Assembly (NCBI GenBank): GCA_038320275.1
Contig: JBBQEB010000058.1
Location: 1-20,672 of the forward strand
Length of the DNA: 20,672 nt
Origin: Myxococcales bacterium
GTDB taxonomy: Bacteria; Myxococcota; Myxococcia; Myxococcales; Anaeromyxobacteraceae
Direction: 5' to 3'
Shown here: one piece after another, positions 1 through 9,462 of the stretch
Position numbering within the stretch: position 1 is the first letter of the stretch
How the letters are laid out: each line of letters begins with the position of its first letter
Position numbers and translations under genes: made by a program
Notes under the pieces: model-generated
Databases searched by the model: none
What the model saw: the letters and a program-made list of their open reading frames with translations, nothing else
What the model was told of the DNA's origin: nothing

Positions 1-1
1 C

Positions 2-175
2 TTCGTCAACGAGACGCTCGACAAGGTGACGGGGTTCCTCGCGTCCATACACGGCGGTCAGATGCAGCTCACCGACCGGAGCCTCACCATCGAGGGCTGG
101 GGCGGCGAGCACGGCGGGGCAGAGCGGACGCTCGGCGACACCGGGTGGGGAGAGGACAGCGATGGGGACGCATGA
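2..175 (+). CDS. 3' fragment of a probable DUF503 (YlxP-like) protein, truncated by the window edge
   Basis: Frame 2 is open from the window start (FVNETLDKVTGFLASIHGGQMQLTDRSLTIEGW...) to TGA at 173-175 and overlaps the rbfA start. 'FVNxxLDKV' resembles the DUF503 C-terminal helix, and DUF503 genes typically sit between infB and rbfA. Confidence 0.7.
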   Translation, partial: FVNETLDKVTGFLASIHGGQMQLTDRSLTIEGWGGEHGGAERTLGDTGWGEDSDGDA

Positions 176-524
176 TCGGCCGACGCGCGTCGCGCAGGAG
201 TTCCAGCGGGAGCTGGGCGAGCTCCTCGCGCGCGGGCTGCGCGACCCGCGCATCACCGGCTTCATCACCATCACCGGCGCGAAGATGGGGCCCGACCTCA
301 AGGACATCACCGTCTACGTCTCGGTGCACGGCGACGAGCCCACGCGCGAGAGCACCATGGAGGGCCTCGCCGCCGCGACCGGCTACCTGCAGCGCGAGGC
401 GGCGCACCGACTCCGCCTGCGCTGGACGCCCCACCTGCGCTTCGTCTACGACGGGAGCGTCGCGGAGGGGGACAAGATCGAGCGCCTCCTCAAGAGCGTG
501 AAGGAGAAGGAAGGCTGGAAGTGA
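162..524 (+). CDS. rbfA: 30S ribosome-binding factor A
   Basis: 120 aa with RbfA motifs (RVAQEFQRELGELL, LRDPRI, PDLKDITVYVS, LRLRWTPHLRFVYD); lies directly before truB. Confidence 0.96.
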   Translation: MGTHDRPTRVAQEFQRELGELLARGLRDPRITGFITITGAKMGPDLKDITVYVSVHGDEPTRESTMEGLAAATGYLQREAAHRLRLRWTPHLRFVYDGSVAEGDKIERLLKSVKEKEGWK

Positions 525-1438
525 GGGCGGGGCCGGCCGAGGGCGTGCTCGTCGTCGACAAGCCCCTCGGCCCCACCTCCTTCGACGTGGTCGCGCGGGT
601 GCGGCGGCTGTTTCGCGGCGCCAAGGCCGGGCACACCGGCACCCTCGACCCGCTCGCCACGGGCGTCCTCGCGGTGTGCCTGGGCGAGGGCGTGAAGCTC
701 CAGCGCTTCCTCGCCGACGGGGACAAGGCCTACCTCGCCACCGTCTCCTTCGGGGCCGCGACCGAGACCGAGGACGCAGAAGGGCGGGTGATCGAGCGGG
801 GCGACCCGGGCCTCGCCACCGCCGCCGCCATCCAGGCGGCGCTCCCGCGCTTCCTGGGCGAGATCGACCAGGTGCCGCCCATGTTCTCGGCAGTGCGGGT
901 GGGAGGAAGGCGGCTGCACGAGGCCGCGCGCGCCGGAGAGGACGTCGAGCGCGCGCCCCGGCGCGTGAGAGTGGACGCATTCGAGCTCCTGGAGCTCGGC
1001 GACGGGGTGGACGGCGAGCGCCGGGCGCGCATGGCGATCCGATGCGGGAAGGGGACCTACGTCCGCACGCTCGCCGCAGATCTGGGCCGCGCCGTCGGCG
1101 TTCCGGCTCACCTCGCCGCGCTGCGCCGCACCGCGGCCGGACCGTTCCGGGAGGTCGAGAGCATCGGCCTGGAGGAGGCCGAGCGCCTGGCGCGCGAAGC
1201 TCCCGAGGCGCTCGAAGCGCGCGTCCTCTCGTGTGCCGAGGCCCTCCGGGATTACCCCGCCGTGAAGCTCTCCGTCGAGGACGGGCGCGCGCTGGCTTGC
1301 GGGCGCCAGGTCCCTGCGGCGGGTGGCCCCGACGGCCTCTGCCGCGCCCTCGACGCGTCCGGCGCGCTGCTCGCGGTGTGCGAGAGGACGGCCGGGCGCC
1401 TGCGGCCGCTGCGCGTCCTCACGGGCCCGGCGCGTTGA
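521..1438 (+). CDS. truB: tRNA pseudouridine(55) synthase TruB
   Basis: VDKPLGPTSFDVV, GHTGTLDPLATGVL (catalytic Asp), QVPPMFSA and CGKGTYVRTLAADLG motifs; GTGA overlap with the rbfA stop. Confidence 0.97.
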   Translation: MRAGPAEGVLVVDKPLGPTSFDVVARVRRLFRGAKAGHTGTLDPLATGVLAVCLGEGVKLQRFLADGDKAYLATVSFGAATETEDAEGRVIERGDPGLATAAAIQAALPRFLGEIDQVPPMFSAVRVGGRRLHEAARAGEDVERAPRRVRVDAFELLELGDGVDGERRARMAIRCGKGTYVRTLAADLGRAVGVPAHLAALRRTAAGPFREVESIGLEEAERLAREAPEALEARVLSCAEALRDYPAVKLSVEDGRALACGRQVPAAGGPDGLCRALDASGALLAVCERTAGRLRPLRVLTGPAR

Positions 1439-1463
1439 CGCGGGCAGACCGATCCACTACTAA
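1435..1463 (+). promoter_or_regulatory. Putative sigma70-type promoter of rpsO-pnp
   Basis: TTGACG (1435-1440, overlapping the truB stop), 17-nt spacer, TACTAA (1458-1463); a locally AT-rich patch in a very GC-rich background. Confidence 0.65.
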
Positions 1464-1555
1464 ACAGCCTCGTCCCACCATCCGTTCACGGTCGCCCGCG
1501 GCGCACGCCTTCGCCCCCGCGATGGTCACGGAGCTCACGAAGCACAGGAGCAACT

Positions 1556-1825
1556 ATGGCGATGGTCGCTGAAAAGAAGGTCGAGCTCGTCCACAAGTAC
1601 CGCAGGCACGACAAGGACACGGGGTCACCCGAGGTCCAGGTCGCCATCCTGAGCGAGCGCATCACCTACCTCACCGAGCACTTCAAGACGCACAAGAAGG
1701 ACCACCACAGCCGCCGCGGGCTCCTCAAGCTCGTCGGCCAGCGGCGGCGGCTCCTCGATTACCTCAAGACGGTCGATCTCAACCGGTACAAGAGCCTCAT
1801 CGACCAGCTCGGCATCCGGAAGTAG
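1556..1825 (+). CDS. rpsO: 30S ribosomal protein S15
   Basis: 89 aa with [16 protein letters not shown] and [32 protein letters not shown] at 1546-1550. Confidence 0.99.
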   Translation: MAMVAEKKVELVHKYRRHDKDTGSPEVQVAILSERITYLTEHFKTHKKDHHSRRGLLKLVGQRRRLLDYLKTVDLNRYKSLIDQLGIRK

Positions 1826-1838
1826 GCTCCCCGAAGCG

Positions 1839-1875
1839 GCGCCCCGGCATCGGTTTGCCGGGGCGCTCGTGCGTT
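1839..1875 (+). terminator. Hairpin after rpsO (probable leaky intrinsic terminator)
   Basis: Perfect 11-bp stem GCGCCCCGGCA (1839-1849) / TGCCGGGGCGC (1856-1866) with a 6-nt loop, followed by a weak T-containing tail (TCGTGCGTT). Confidence 0.6.
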
Positions 1876-1892
1876 GGGGCGACACAGAGCAC

Positions 1893-1978
1893 CCGCGACC
1901 TCGGGGCGCTTCCGTTTCCGACTGGACGGCTCCTCCGCGAGAAGGAGCCGCCCGGTCAGGAACCGAAGCTCCTCGCGG
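1893..1978 (+). promoter_or_regulatory. Long imperfect stem-loop in the pnp leader (candidate RNase III processing site)
   Basis: Nested pairings CCGCGA/TCGCGG, GCTTC/GAAGC, TTCC/GGAA, GACTGG/CCGGTC and CGGCTCCT/AGGAGCCG around the loop CCGCGAGA. Confidence 0.55.
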
Positions 1979-2060
1979 CCCCCGGACCGACGGTCCGGCG
2001 CGGGCCCCCGAGCTGGCGCGCGCCACGGCGGCGCCGGCTCCATCCAAGGAGACGAGAGAG

Positions 2061-4238
2061 ATGACACCCACTCAGCAGCGGGCGCAGTGCGGCGGCAAGG
2101 AGATCCTCCTCGAGACCGGCAAGGTGGCCAAGCAGGCCGACGGCTCGGTCTGGATCCGCATGGGTGACTCCATCGTCCTCGTGACGGTGGTCTCGGCCAG
2201 GGATCGAAAGGAGGGCATCGACTTCTTCCCGCTCACCGTCGACTACCAGGAGAAGCTCTTCGCGGCGGGCCAGATCCCCGGCAGCTTCTTCCGGCGCGAG
2301 GGCCGCCCCACCGAGAAGGAGACCCTCGCCTCCCGGCTCATCGACCGGTCCTGCCGGCCCCTGTTCCCGGAGGGCTACGCCAACGAGACGCAGATCATCG
2401 CCAGCGTCATCTCCTTCGACCAGGAGAACGACACCGACGTGCTCGCGCTCACCGGGGCGTCCGCCGCGCTGCAGATCTCGAACGTGCCCTTCAACGGGCC
2501 CATCGCCGGCGTGCGCGTCGGCCGCATCGGCGGGCAGCTCGTCGCGAACCCCACCCTCGCCCAGCGGGCGACCGCCGACCTCGACATCGTGATGGCCGCT
2601 TCGGAGGACGCCATCGTGATGGTGGAGGGCGGCGCGCAGGAGGTGACCGAGAAGGACATGGTCGACGCGCTCCTGTTCGGTCAGGCGGCGGTAAAGGAGC
2701 TCCTGGCAGCCCAGAAGGCGCTCGCCACGGCGACCGGCCGCGGCGCGAAGCGCACCTTCGAGCCGCCCAAGAACGACGAGGAGCTGCGCGCGAAGGTGAA
2801 GGCGCTCGCCTGGGACAAGGTCCGCGATGCCTACGCCATCCACGAGAAGCTCGAGCGCTACGAGCGCCTCTCGGCGGTGAAGAAGGAAGTGCTGGAGGGC
2901 CTGCGGGCCGAGGCCGGCGGCGATGCCGGGAAGCTCTCCGCGCTCGCCTCGCGCGAGAAGGAGATCAAGGGTTACTACGAGGACGTCAAGTACGACTACA
3001 TGCGCCGGATGATCACCGATGAGCGCAAGCGCATCGGGGGCCGCGGCGAGCGCGACATCCGCGCCATCACCTGCGAGGTGGGCCTCCTGCCCCGCGTGCA
3101 CGGCTCGGCGCTCTTCACCCGCGGCGAGACGCAGGCGCTCGTCGCCACCACCCTCGGCACCGCCGAGGACGAGCAGCGGGTGGAGCAGCTCACCGGGATG
3201 CACTTCAAGAAGTTCATGCTGCACTACAACTTCCCGCCCTTCAGCGTGGGCGAGGTGAAGTTCCTGCGCAGCCCCGGCCGCCGCGAGATCGGCCACGGCT
3301 TGCTGGCCGAGCGAGCGCTCTCGAAGGTGCTCCCGCCCGAGTCCACCTTCCCGTACACCATCCGCATCGTCTCCGACATCACCGAGTCGAACGGGTCCTC
3401 CTCCATGGCGTCGGTGTGCGGCGGATGCCTGTCGCTCATGGATGCCGGCGTCCCGCTCAAGGCGCCGGTGGCCGGGATCGCCATGGGCCTCATCAAGGAA
3501 GGCGAGAAGATCGCGATCCTCTCCGACATCCTCGGCGACGAGGACCATCTCGGTGACATGGACTTCAAGGTCTGCGGGACCGAGGCCGGCATCACCTCCA
3601 TCCAGATGGACATCAAGATTGGCGGCGTGACGCGCGACATCCTCGAGCGGGCGCTCTCGCAGGCCGCCGAGGGCCGCAAGCACATCCTGGGCGAGATGGT
3701 GAAGGCCCTCGCGAAGCCGCGCGCCGACATCAGCCTCTTCGCGCCGCGCATCACCACCATCAAGATCCGCCCCGAGCGCATCAAGGACGTCATCGGGCCC
3801 GGCGGCAAGGTGATCAAGGAGATCACCGCGCAGACCGGCTGCTCCATCAACGTGGAGGACGACGGCACCGTGTCCATCGCGTCGTCCGACCAGGAGAAGG
3901 TCGCCGCCGCGATGAAGCGCATCAAGGATCTCACCCAGGACGCCGAGGTGGGGAAGACCTACCTGGGCACGGTGCGCAAGATCGCCGAGTTCGGCGCTTT
4001 CGTGGAGATCTTCCCCGGCACGGACGGCCTCATCCACATCTCCGAGCTCTCGGACAAGCGGGTAAAGAACGTCTCCGACGTTCTCTCCGAGGGCGAGGAG
4101 GTCCTGGTGAAGGTCATCTCGATGGATCGCACCGGGAAGATCCGCCTCTCCCGCAAGGAGGCGCTGGCGCAGGCGGCCCGGACGGCCGAAGGCGCGGCGG
4201 CTCCGGCCGCTCCCGGCGGCGAAGCTCCCAAGCCGTGA
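2061..4238 (+). CDS. pnp: Polyribonucleotide nucleotidyltransferase (PNPase)
   Basis: Two RNase PH domains ([48 protein letters not shown]), KH ([10 protein letters not shown]) and S1 ([20 protein letters not shown]). Start placed at ATG 2061 after AAGGAG, not the track's 1869. Confidence 0.98.
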   Translation: MTPTQQRAQCGGKEILLETGKVAKQADGSVWIRMGDSIVLVTVVSARDRKEGIDFFPLTVDYQEKLFAAGQIPGSFFRREGRPTEKETLASRLIDRSCRPLFPEGYANETQIIASVISFDQENDTDVLALTGASAALQISNVPFNGPIAGVRVGRIGGQLVANPTLAQRATADLDIVMAASEDAIVMVEGGAQEVTEKDMVDALLFGQAAVKELLAAQKALATATGRGAKRTFEPPKNDEELRAKVKALAWDKVRDAYAIHEKLERYERLSAVKKEVLEGLRAEAGGDAGKLSALASREKEIKGYYEDVKYDYMRRMITDERKRIGGRGERDIRAITCEVGLLPRVHGSALFTRGETQALVATTLGTAEDEQRVEQLTGMHFKKFMLHYNFPPFSVGEVKFLRSPGRREIGHGLLAERALSKVLPPESTFPYTIRIVSDITESNGSSSMASVCGGCLSLMDAGVPLKAPVAGIAMGLIKEGEKIAILSDILGDEDHLGDMDFKVCGTEAGITSIQMDIKIGGVTRDILERALSQAAEGRKHILGEMVKALAKPRADISLFAPRITTIKIRPERIKDVIGPGGKVIKEITAQTGCSINVEDDGTVSIASSDQEKVAAAMKRIKDLTQDAEVGKTYLGTVRKIAEFGAFVEIFPGTDGLIHISELSDKRVKNVSDVLSEGEEVLVKVISMDRTGKIRLSRKEALAQAARTAEGAAAPAAPGGEAPKP

Positions 4239-4241
4239 TGC

Positions 4242-4270
4242 CGAGCCCCGCGCTCGCTCCGCGGGGCTCG
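4242..4270 (+). terminator. GC hairpin immediately after pnp
   Basis: Perfect 11-bp inverted repeat CGAGCCCCGCG (4242-4252) / CGCGGGGCTCG (4260-4270). No clear U tract, so it may be a 3' stabiliser rather than a terminator. Confidence 0.45.
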
Positions 4271-4296
4271 CCGCGCTTGCCCTACGGGGCAGGCCC

Positions 4297-4743
4297 GTGA
4301 GGCCTGTCCTTGCTGTGCGGCGGGTCGGTGATCGCGGCCCGCCGCTCCCGCTCCCGGCGTACGCGAGCGAGGGGGCGGCTGGGCTCGACCTCAGGGCGGA
4401 CGAGCCCTTCGCGCTCCTCCCGGGCGAGCGCCGGCTGGTCCCCACCGGCCTCGCGGTTGCCGTCCCTCCGGGGCACGAAGGGCAGGTGCGCGCCCGCTCC
4501 GGGCTCGCGCTGCGTCACGGCGTCGCCCTCGTCAACGCGCCGGGCACGGTCGACGAGGATTACCGTGGCGAGCTCGGCGTGATTCTGGTGAACCTCGGGA
4601 CCGAGCCCGTCCGCTTCGGGCGCGGCGACCGCATCGCGCAGCTGGTCGTATCGCCGGTGGCGCGGGTGGAGGTGCGGCTCGCCGAGGCGCTCGACGAGAC
4701 CGGCCGCGGCGTTCACGGGTTCGGGTCCACCGGGAAGGTCTGA
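4297..4743 (+). CDS. dut: Trimeric dUTP diphosphatase
   Basis: All five dUTPase motifs: [34 protein letters not shown] and [10 protein letters not shown]. Confidence 0.96.
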   Translation: MRPVLAVRRVGDRGPPLPLPAYASEGAAGLDLRADEPFALLPGERRLVPTGLAVAVPPGHEGQVRARSGLALRHGVALVNAPGTVDEDYRGELGVILVNLGTEPVRFGRGDRIAQLVVSPVARVEVRLAEALDETGRGVHGFGSTGKV

Positions 4744-4763
4744 TGCGGTAGAGGGAGGTCCCC

Positions 4764-6086
<1,323 letters not shown>

Positions 6087-6114
6087 CGAGCGCAAGGCGC
6101 CCGCTTCGAGGCGC

Positions 6115-7080
6115 TCAGCGGGGCAGGTAGCCCTTCGCGGCGAGGTTTTGCCGGATGCGCTCGGCGACGCTGCCCACCTGCGACTGGAACGGGCTGCCGG
6201 TGAGCCGCTCGAAGGCCTCGATGTACTTGCCGGCGAGCATGATCCGCACCTCGTCGGAGAGCGGCGGCGGCTGGCCGTGGCCGGAGAACCCGTGCTCTCG
6301 GATGAGCCACTGCCGGATGTTCTCCTTGTCGAGCATCTCCTGCTCGGCGCCCCGGGCGAAGCGATCCTCGTATCCGTCCGCGACCCAGTAGCGCGACGAG
6401 TCCGGCGTGTGGATCTCGTCGATGACGATGAGCCTTCCGTCGGCGATGCCCATCTCGTACTTGGTGTCGACGAGGATGAGCCCGCGGCTCTGGGCCCACT
6501 CCTGCCCGCGCGCGAAGAGCCTGCCGGCGATGGCCACGGCCTCGCGCCAGACCTCTGGCTCGACCAGCCCCTGCCGGAGCAGCTCGGCCTCGGAGATGGG
6601 CTCGTCGTGCTTTCCGTACTCGGCCTTGGTCGAAGGGGTGACGATAGGCTCGTGAAAGCGCTGGTCCCTGCGCAGGCCCTCCGGCCAGGCGATGCCGTAC
6701 GTGCCAGCCGTGCCGGCCTGGTAGTCGCGCCAGAGGGAGCCCGTGATGAAGCCGCGGATGACGATCTCCACCGGCAGGGGCTTCGCCCGCTTCACCACCA
6801 TGACGCTCGGATCGGGCGCGTCGAGGAGGTGGGTGGGTGCGATGTCCTTCACCTTGTCGAACCAGAACAGGGTGAGCTGCGAGAGCACCTCGCCCTTGAA
6901 CGGAATGGTGCCGAGCACGTGGTCGAAGGCCGAGACACGGTCGGTGGTGACCATCACCAGGCGATCGCCCCGCGCGTAGTTGTCGCGCACCTTGCCGCGG
7001 TACAGCTCTCCCAGCTCGGGGAGGTCGAGCTGCTGAAGGGTGTGCGGGAGCTGGGCGCGGATGGTCGGCTCGGAGAGCAT
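6115..7080 (-). CDS. purC: Phosphoribosylaminoimidazole-succinocarboxamide (SAICAR) synthase, long type
   Basis: YRGKVRDNY, TDRVSAFD, TPSTKA, LILVDTKYEMG, IDEIHTPDSSRYW and DKENIRQWL motifs. Start placed at ATG 7080 (MLSEPT) after GAGG. Confidence 0.96.
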   Translation of the reverse strand: MLSEPTIRAQLPHTLQQLDLPELGELYRGKVRDNYARGDRLVMVTTDRVSAFDHVLGTIPFKGEVLSQLTLFWFDKVKDIAPTHLLDAPDPSVMVVKRAKPLPVEIVIRGFITGSLWRDYQAGTAGTYGIAWPEGLRRDQRFHEPIVTPSTKAEYGKHDEPISEAELLRQGLVEPEVWREAVAIAGRLFARGQEWAQSRGLILVDTKYEMGIADGRLIVIDEIHTPDSSRYWVADGYEDRFARGAEQEMLDKENIRQWLIREHGFSGHGQPPPLSDEVRIMLAGKYIEAFERLTGSPFQSQVGSVAERIRQNLAAKGYLPR

Positions 7081-7190
7081 GGTGGCCTCGGTGGTAGCAT
7101 CGCGCAGCCTCCGCGGCGCGCGCGGGGCGAGTGTAACCGGGCGCGGCACCTCCGTCGCAGCCCTCCTGGTCTTCCCGATCGAGGGCGGCG

Positions 7191-7985
7191 ATGAACCTCC
7201 TGAACGTTCTCTTCGTGCTCCACCGGCCCTCCTCGGCGGAGAACATCGGGTCGGTGGCCCGAGCCATGATGAACTTCGGGCTCACCCGCCTGTCCATCGT
7301 GGCGCCGCCCTCCTGGACGGGGCTGCCGCGCGGCGGCGGCCCGGGAAGCGCGCGCGAAGAGGTGCTGCTGAGGGCGCGCAAGACCGCCAGGCACGCCGCG
7401 GGCCTGCTGGAGACCGCGGCGGTCCACCTCGACGCCCGCGCGGCCCTGGCCGGAACGACCTTCGCATGTGGCACCACCTCGCGAACGATCGAGGGCAGGC
7501 CGTCGCTTTCCCCCCGTGAGCTCGCGGCCGAGCTCGCCGCGCGCAGCGAGAGCGGGGAGGTGGCGGTCGTCTTCGGGGAGGAGAGGCGCGGGCTGTCCGA
7601 CGCCGAGCTGCGGCTCTGCAGCGCGGTTTGCAACATCCCCACGCGCAGCGCCTACGACTCCATGAACCTGGCCCAGGCGGCGGCGGTGGTCGCGTACGAG
7701 CTGTCGCTTGCCGGCGGTGAACGCCCCCCTGAGGCGCCGGGGCGGGCCGCGGCGACGGCGACGCCGGCGCGTCACGACACGGTCGAGGCGCTCTGGAGCA
7801 GGCTGGGCGCCATGCTCGCCGCGGCGGGCTACACGAATCCTCAGAACCCCGCGCACATCCTGGCCGAGTGGCGGGAGCTCCTCGCCCGCGCCGAGCCGAC
7901 GCAGCGCGAGGCGGAGCTCCTTCTCGCCGGCGCCAAGGCGCTCGAGCGCAAGCTGAGGATCGACGCGGGCCGAGGGAGCGACTGA
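7191..7985 (+). CDS. trmJ: SPOUT-class RNA methyltransferase, TrmJ/TrmH family
   Basis: ENIGSVARAMMNFG, GTTSR, VVFGEERRGLSDAEL and SMNLAQA motifs plus a TrmJ-like C-terminal helical extension. Confidence 0.85.
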   Translation: MNLLNVLFVLHRPSSAENIGSVARAMMNFGLTRLSIVAPPSWTGLPRGGGPGSAREEVLLRARKTARHAAGLLETAAVHLDARAALAGTTFACGTTSRTIEGRPSLSPRELAAELAARSESGEVAVVFGEERRGLSDAELRLCSAVCNIPTRSAYDSMNLAQAAAVVAYELSLAGGERPPEAPGRAAATATPARHDTVEALWSRLGAMLAAAGYTNPQNPAHILAEWRELLARAEPTQREAELLLAGAKALERKLRIDAGRGSD

Positions 7986-7992
7986 ACGTCAG

Positions 7993-8024
7993 GGCGCGAT
8001 CCGGAAAGGCTCGGATTCCGCGCC
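7993..8024. terminator. Hairpin between convergent trmJ and the zinc-finger gene
   Basis: GGCGCG-ATCCG...CGGAT-TC-CGCGCC stem in the gap between two convergent stop codons; no U tract. Confidence 0.35.
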
Positions 8025-8068
8025 GGGGCCGCGAAGGAGGGACAGCGCCCGCGGAGCTGCGGACGTCG

Positions 8069-8389
8069 TTAGCCCGCGGCCACGGGAGCGGCGGCCGCCT
8101 GCGCGCCCTTGCGGCTCTTCTTCCACGCCTCGAAGTGCTCCTGGCACATGCCGTGTCCTACGACCTTTTTCTTGCAAGCTTCCTTGCCGCAGGTGTCGTA
8201 GCGCGCGGGGCGGCTTTCCATCTCGCCCCGGCGCCAGGCCTTGTAGTGGAAGAAGCAGAGCCCCTTGGCACGGTAGCCGCGCTTGCAGCCCTCCACGGTG
8301 CAGGACTTCTTGCCGCCACCCTTCGCGGCCGGCGCCTTGTTTCGGGCCGTTGCCGGCGGGGTCTGGGGCTGCGTCTCGTTCTCGGCCAT
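8069..8389 (-). CDS. 106-aa basic protein with two C-x4-C-x9-C-x2-H motifs (VegA / 'vegetative protein'-like zinc fingers)
   Basis: ATG 8389 preceded by AGGAAAG. Contains CTVEGCKRGYRAKGLCFFH and CGKEACKKKVVGHGMCQEH and is Lys/Arg rich. The long upstream extension in the ORF track is GC-rich nonsense. Confidence 0.85.
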   Translation of the reverse strand: MAENETQPQTPPATARNKAPAAKGGGKKSCTVEGCKRGYRAKGLCFFHYKAWRRGEMESRPARYDTCGKEACKKKVVGHGMCQEHFEAWKKSRKGAQAAAAPVAAG

Positions 8390-8437
8390 GGTCTTTCCTG
8401 AAGACGTCGAGCGCCCGGAAGGCGGGCGCGAGGCGGG

Positions 8438-8467
8438 TAGATAACCCGAGCGCCGAGCCTCGCGCAA
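8438..8467 (-). promoter_or_regulatory. Putative sigma70-type promoter of the zinc-finger gene
   Basis: On the minus strand: TTGCGC (8467-8462), 18-nt spacer, TATCTA (8443-8438), about 50 nt upstream of the ATG. Confidence 0.4.
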
Positions 8468-8508
8468 GCGCGGCGGAGTGCCGCCCGGCCGGGAGCGGTG
8501 CGCCGCGG

Positions 8509-8787
8509 TCAGCGCCGGGTGCGCTCCGTCACGAGCCGGTCGAGGGCCGCCTGATCGGCTGCGGTGTGGCGCTCCTCCGGACCTCGCGCCACGGCAGGTG
8601 CGCCGGTCTGTGCGACCGTCCGGCCCGAGAGCGACGCGCGCACCTCGGCCACCCCGCGGGATGCGAAGTCGCGGGTGCTCGGAGCCACAGCCCAGCGTTC
8701 GAGGAGGGTCGCGCCGCGCAGAGGCAGGAAGGCCGCGGCACCGGCCAGCGCGCCCAGGGCGAGGAGGAGCACGAGAAGCTTCCGCAT
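8509..8787 (-). CDS. Small hypothetical membrane-anchored or exported protein (92 aa)
   Basis: N-terminal basic then hydrophobic stretch (MRKLLVLLLALGALAGAAAFLPL) and a plausible C-terminal helix (EERHTAADQAALDRLV); fills the gap between co-oriented genes. Confidence 0.7.
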   Translation of the reverse strand: MRKLLVLLLALGALAGAAAFLPLRGATLLERWAVAPSTRDFASRGVAEVRASLSGRTVAQTGAPAVARGPEERHTAADQAALDRLVTERTRR

Positions 8788-8832
8788 GGCGGCGAGGATC
8801 GCATGCGGTGCCGGGAGGGGCGAGCTTTCGGA

Positions 8833-9462
8833 TCACCAGCCCAGCGCGGCGCGCAGCTCCCGGGCATCGGCCACCGGGCGAGGCGAGCCCGCCGCGAGGA
8901 GCTCTGCCGGCGGGACGAGTCCCCAGCCCACCGCGATGAAGCGGACCGGCACCGCCCGGGCGGTGGCAAAGTCCACCAGGCTGTCGCCGACCAGGGCGGC
9001 CTCCTCGGGGAGGACTCCCTGGCGCGCGAGCAGGTCCCGGGTGCCGGCGGGGTCCGGCTTGCGCGGCGCCTCGTCCCCGCCGATCACCTCGACGAAGCGC
9101 TCCCCGAAGCCGAGCCCCTCCAGGATCCGGCGGGCGAGCCGGCCGGGCTTGTTGGTGTGGACCGCGAGTGGAACGGGAGCGGCGGCGAGAAGCTCCGCGA
9201 TCCCTGGAAAAAAGACGGTGTGATCCAGGAGGTGCGCCTCGTAGTGCTCCCACCAGGCTGCCAGGGCGGGCTCGAAGAGCTCCCCCCTGGGCGCGACCGC
9301 CCTCTCCACCAGGCGGGCGACACCGTCACCCACGAAGCTCGCCACCTCCTCCAGCGAGCGTGGGGGCAGGTCCACCGTCGCCAGCGCGTGGTTCACCGCG
9401 AGGCACAGGTCGAGCTTCGAATCGATGAGCGTTCCGTCGAGGTCCATGACCACGAGCTTCAT
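8833..9462 (-). CDS. HAD-superfamily phosphatase (phosphoglycolate phosphatase-like)
   Basis: Motif I MDLDGTLIDS, motif II HTNK, KPDP and motif IV GDSLVD; SD GAGGAG; ATGA overlap with the HD-GYP stop. Confidence 0.92.
   Translation of the reverse strand: MKLVVMDLDGTLIDSKLDLCLAVNHALATVDLPPRSLEEVASFVGDGVARLVERAVAPRGELFEPALAAWWEHYEAHLLDHTVFFPGIAELLAAAPVPLAVHTNKPGRLARRILEGLGFGERFVEVIGGDEAPRKPDPAGTRDLLARQGVLPEEAALVGDSLVDFATARAVPVRFIAVGWGLVPPAELLAAGSPRPVADARELRAALGW

Noticed and set aside
1869..2060. 64-aa N-terminal extension of PNPase in the ORF track
   Set aside because: It crosses a highly structured leader, and PNPase-like sequence begins at ATG 2061 after an SD.
1956..4445. 829-aa minus-strand ORF and similar antisense ORFs over purB, purC and uvrA
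   Set aside because: These are shadows of real genes caused by GC-rich codon bias; no independent SD or domain evidence.
7986..8068. Structured intergenic region as a possible SRP or other ncRNA
   Set aside because: It lacks the SRP domain IV consensus and any promoter; hairpins between convergent stop codons explain it more simply.
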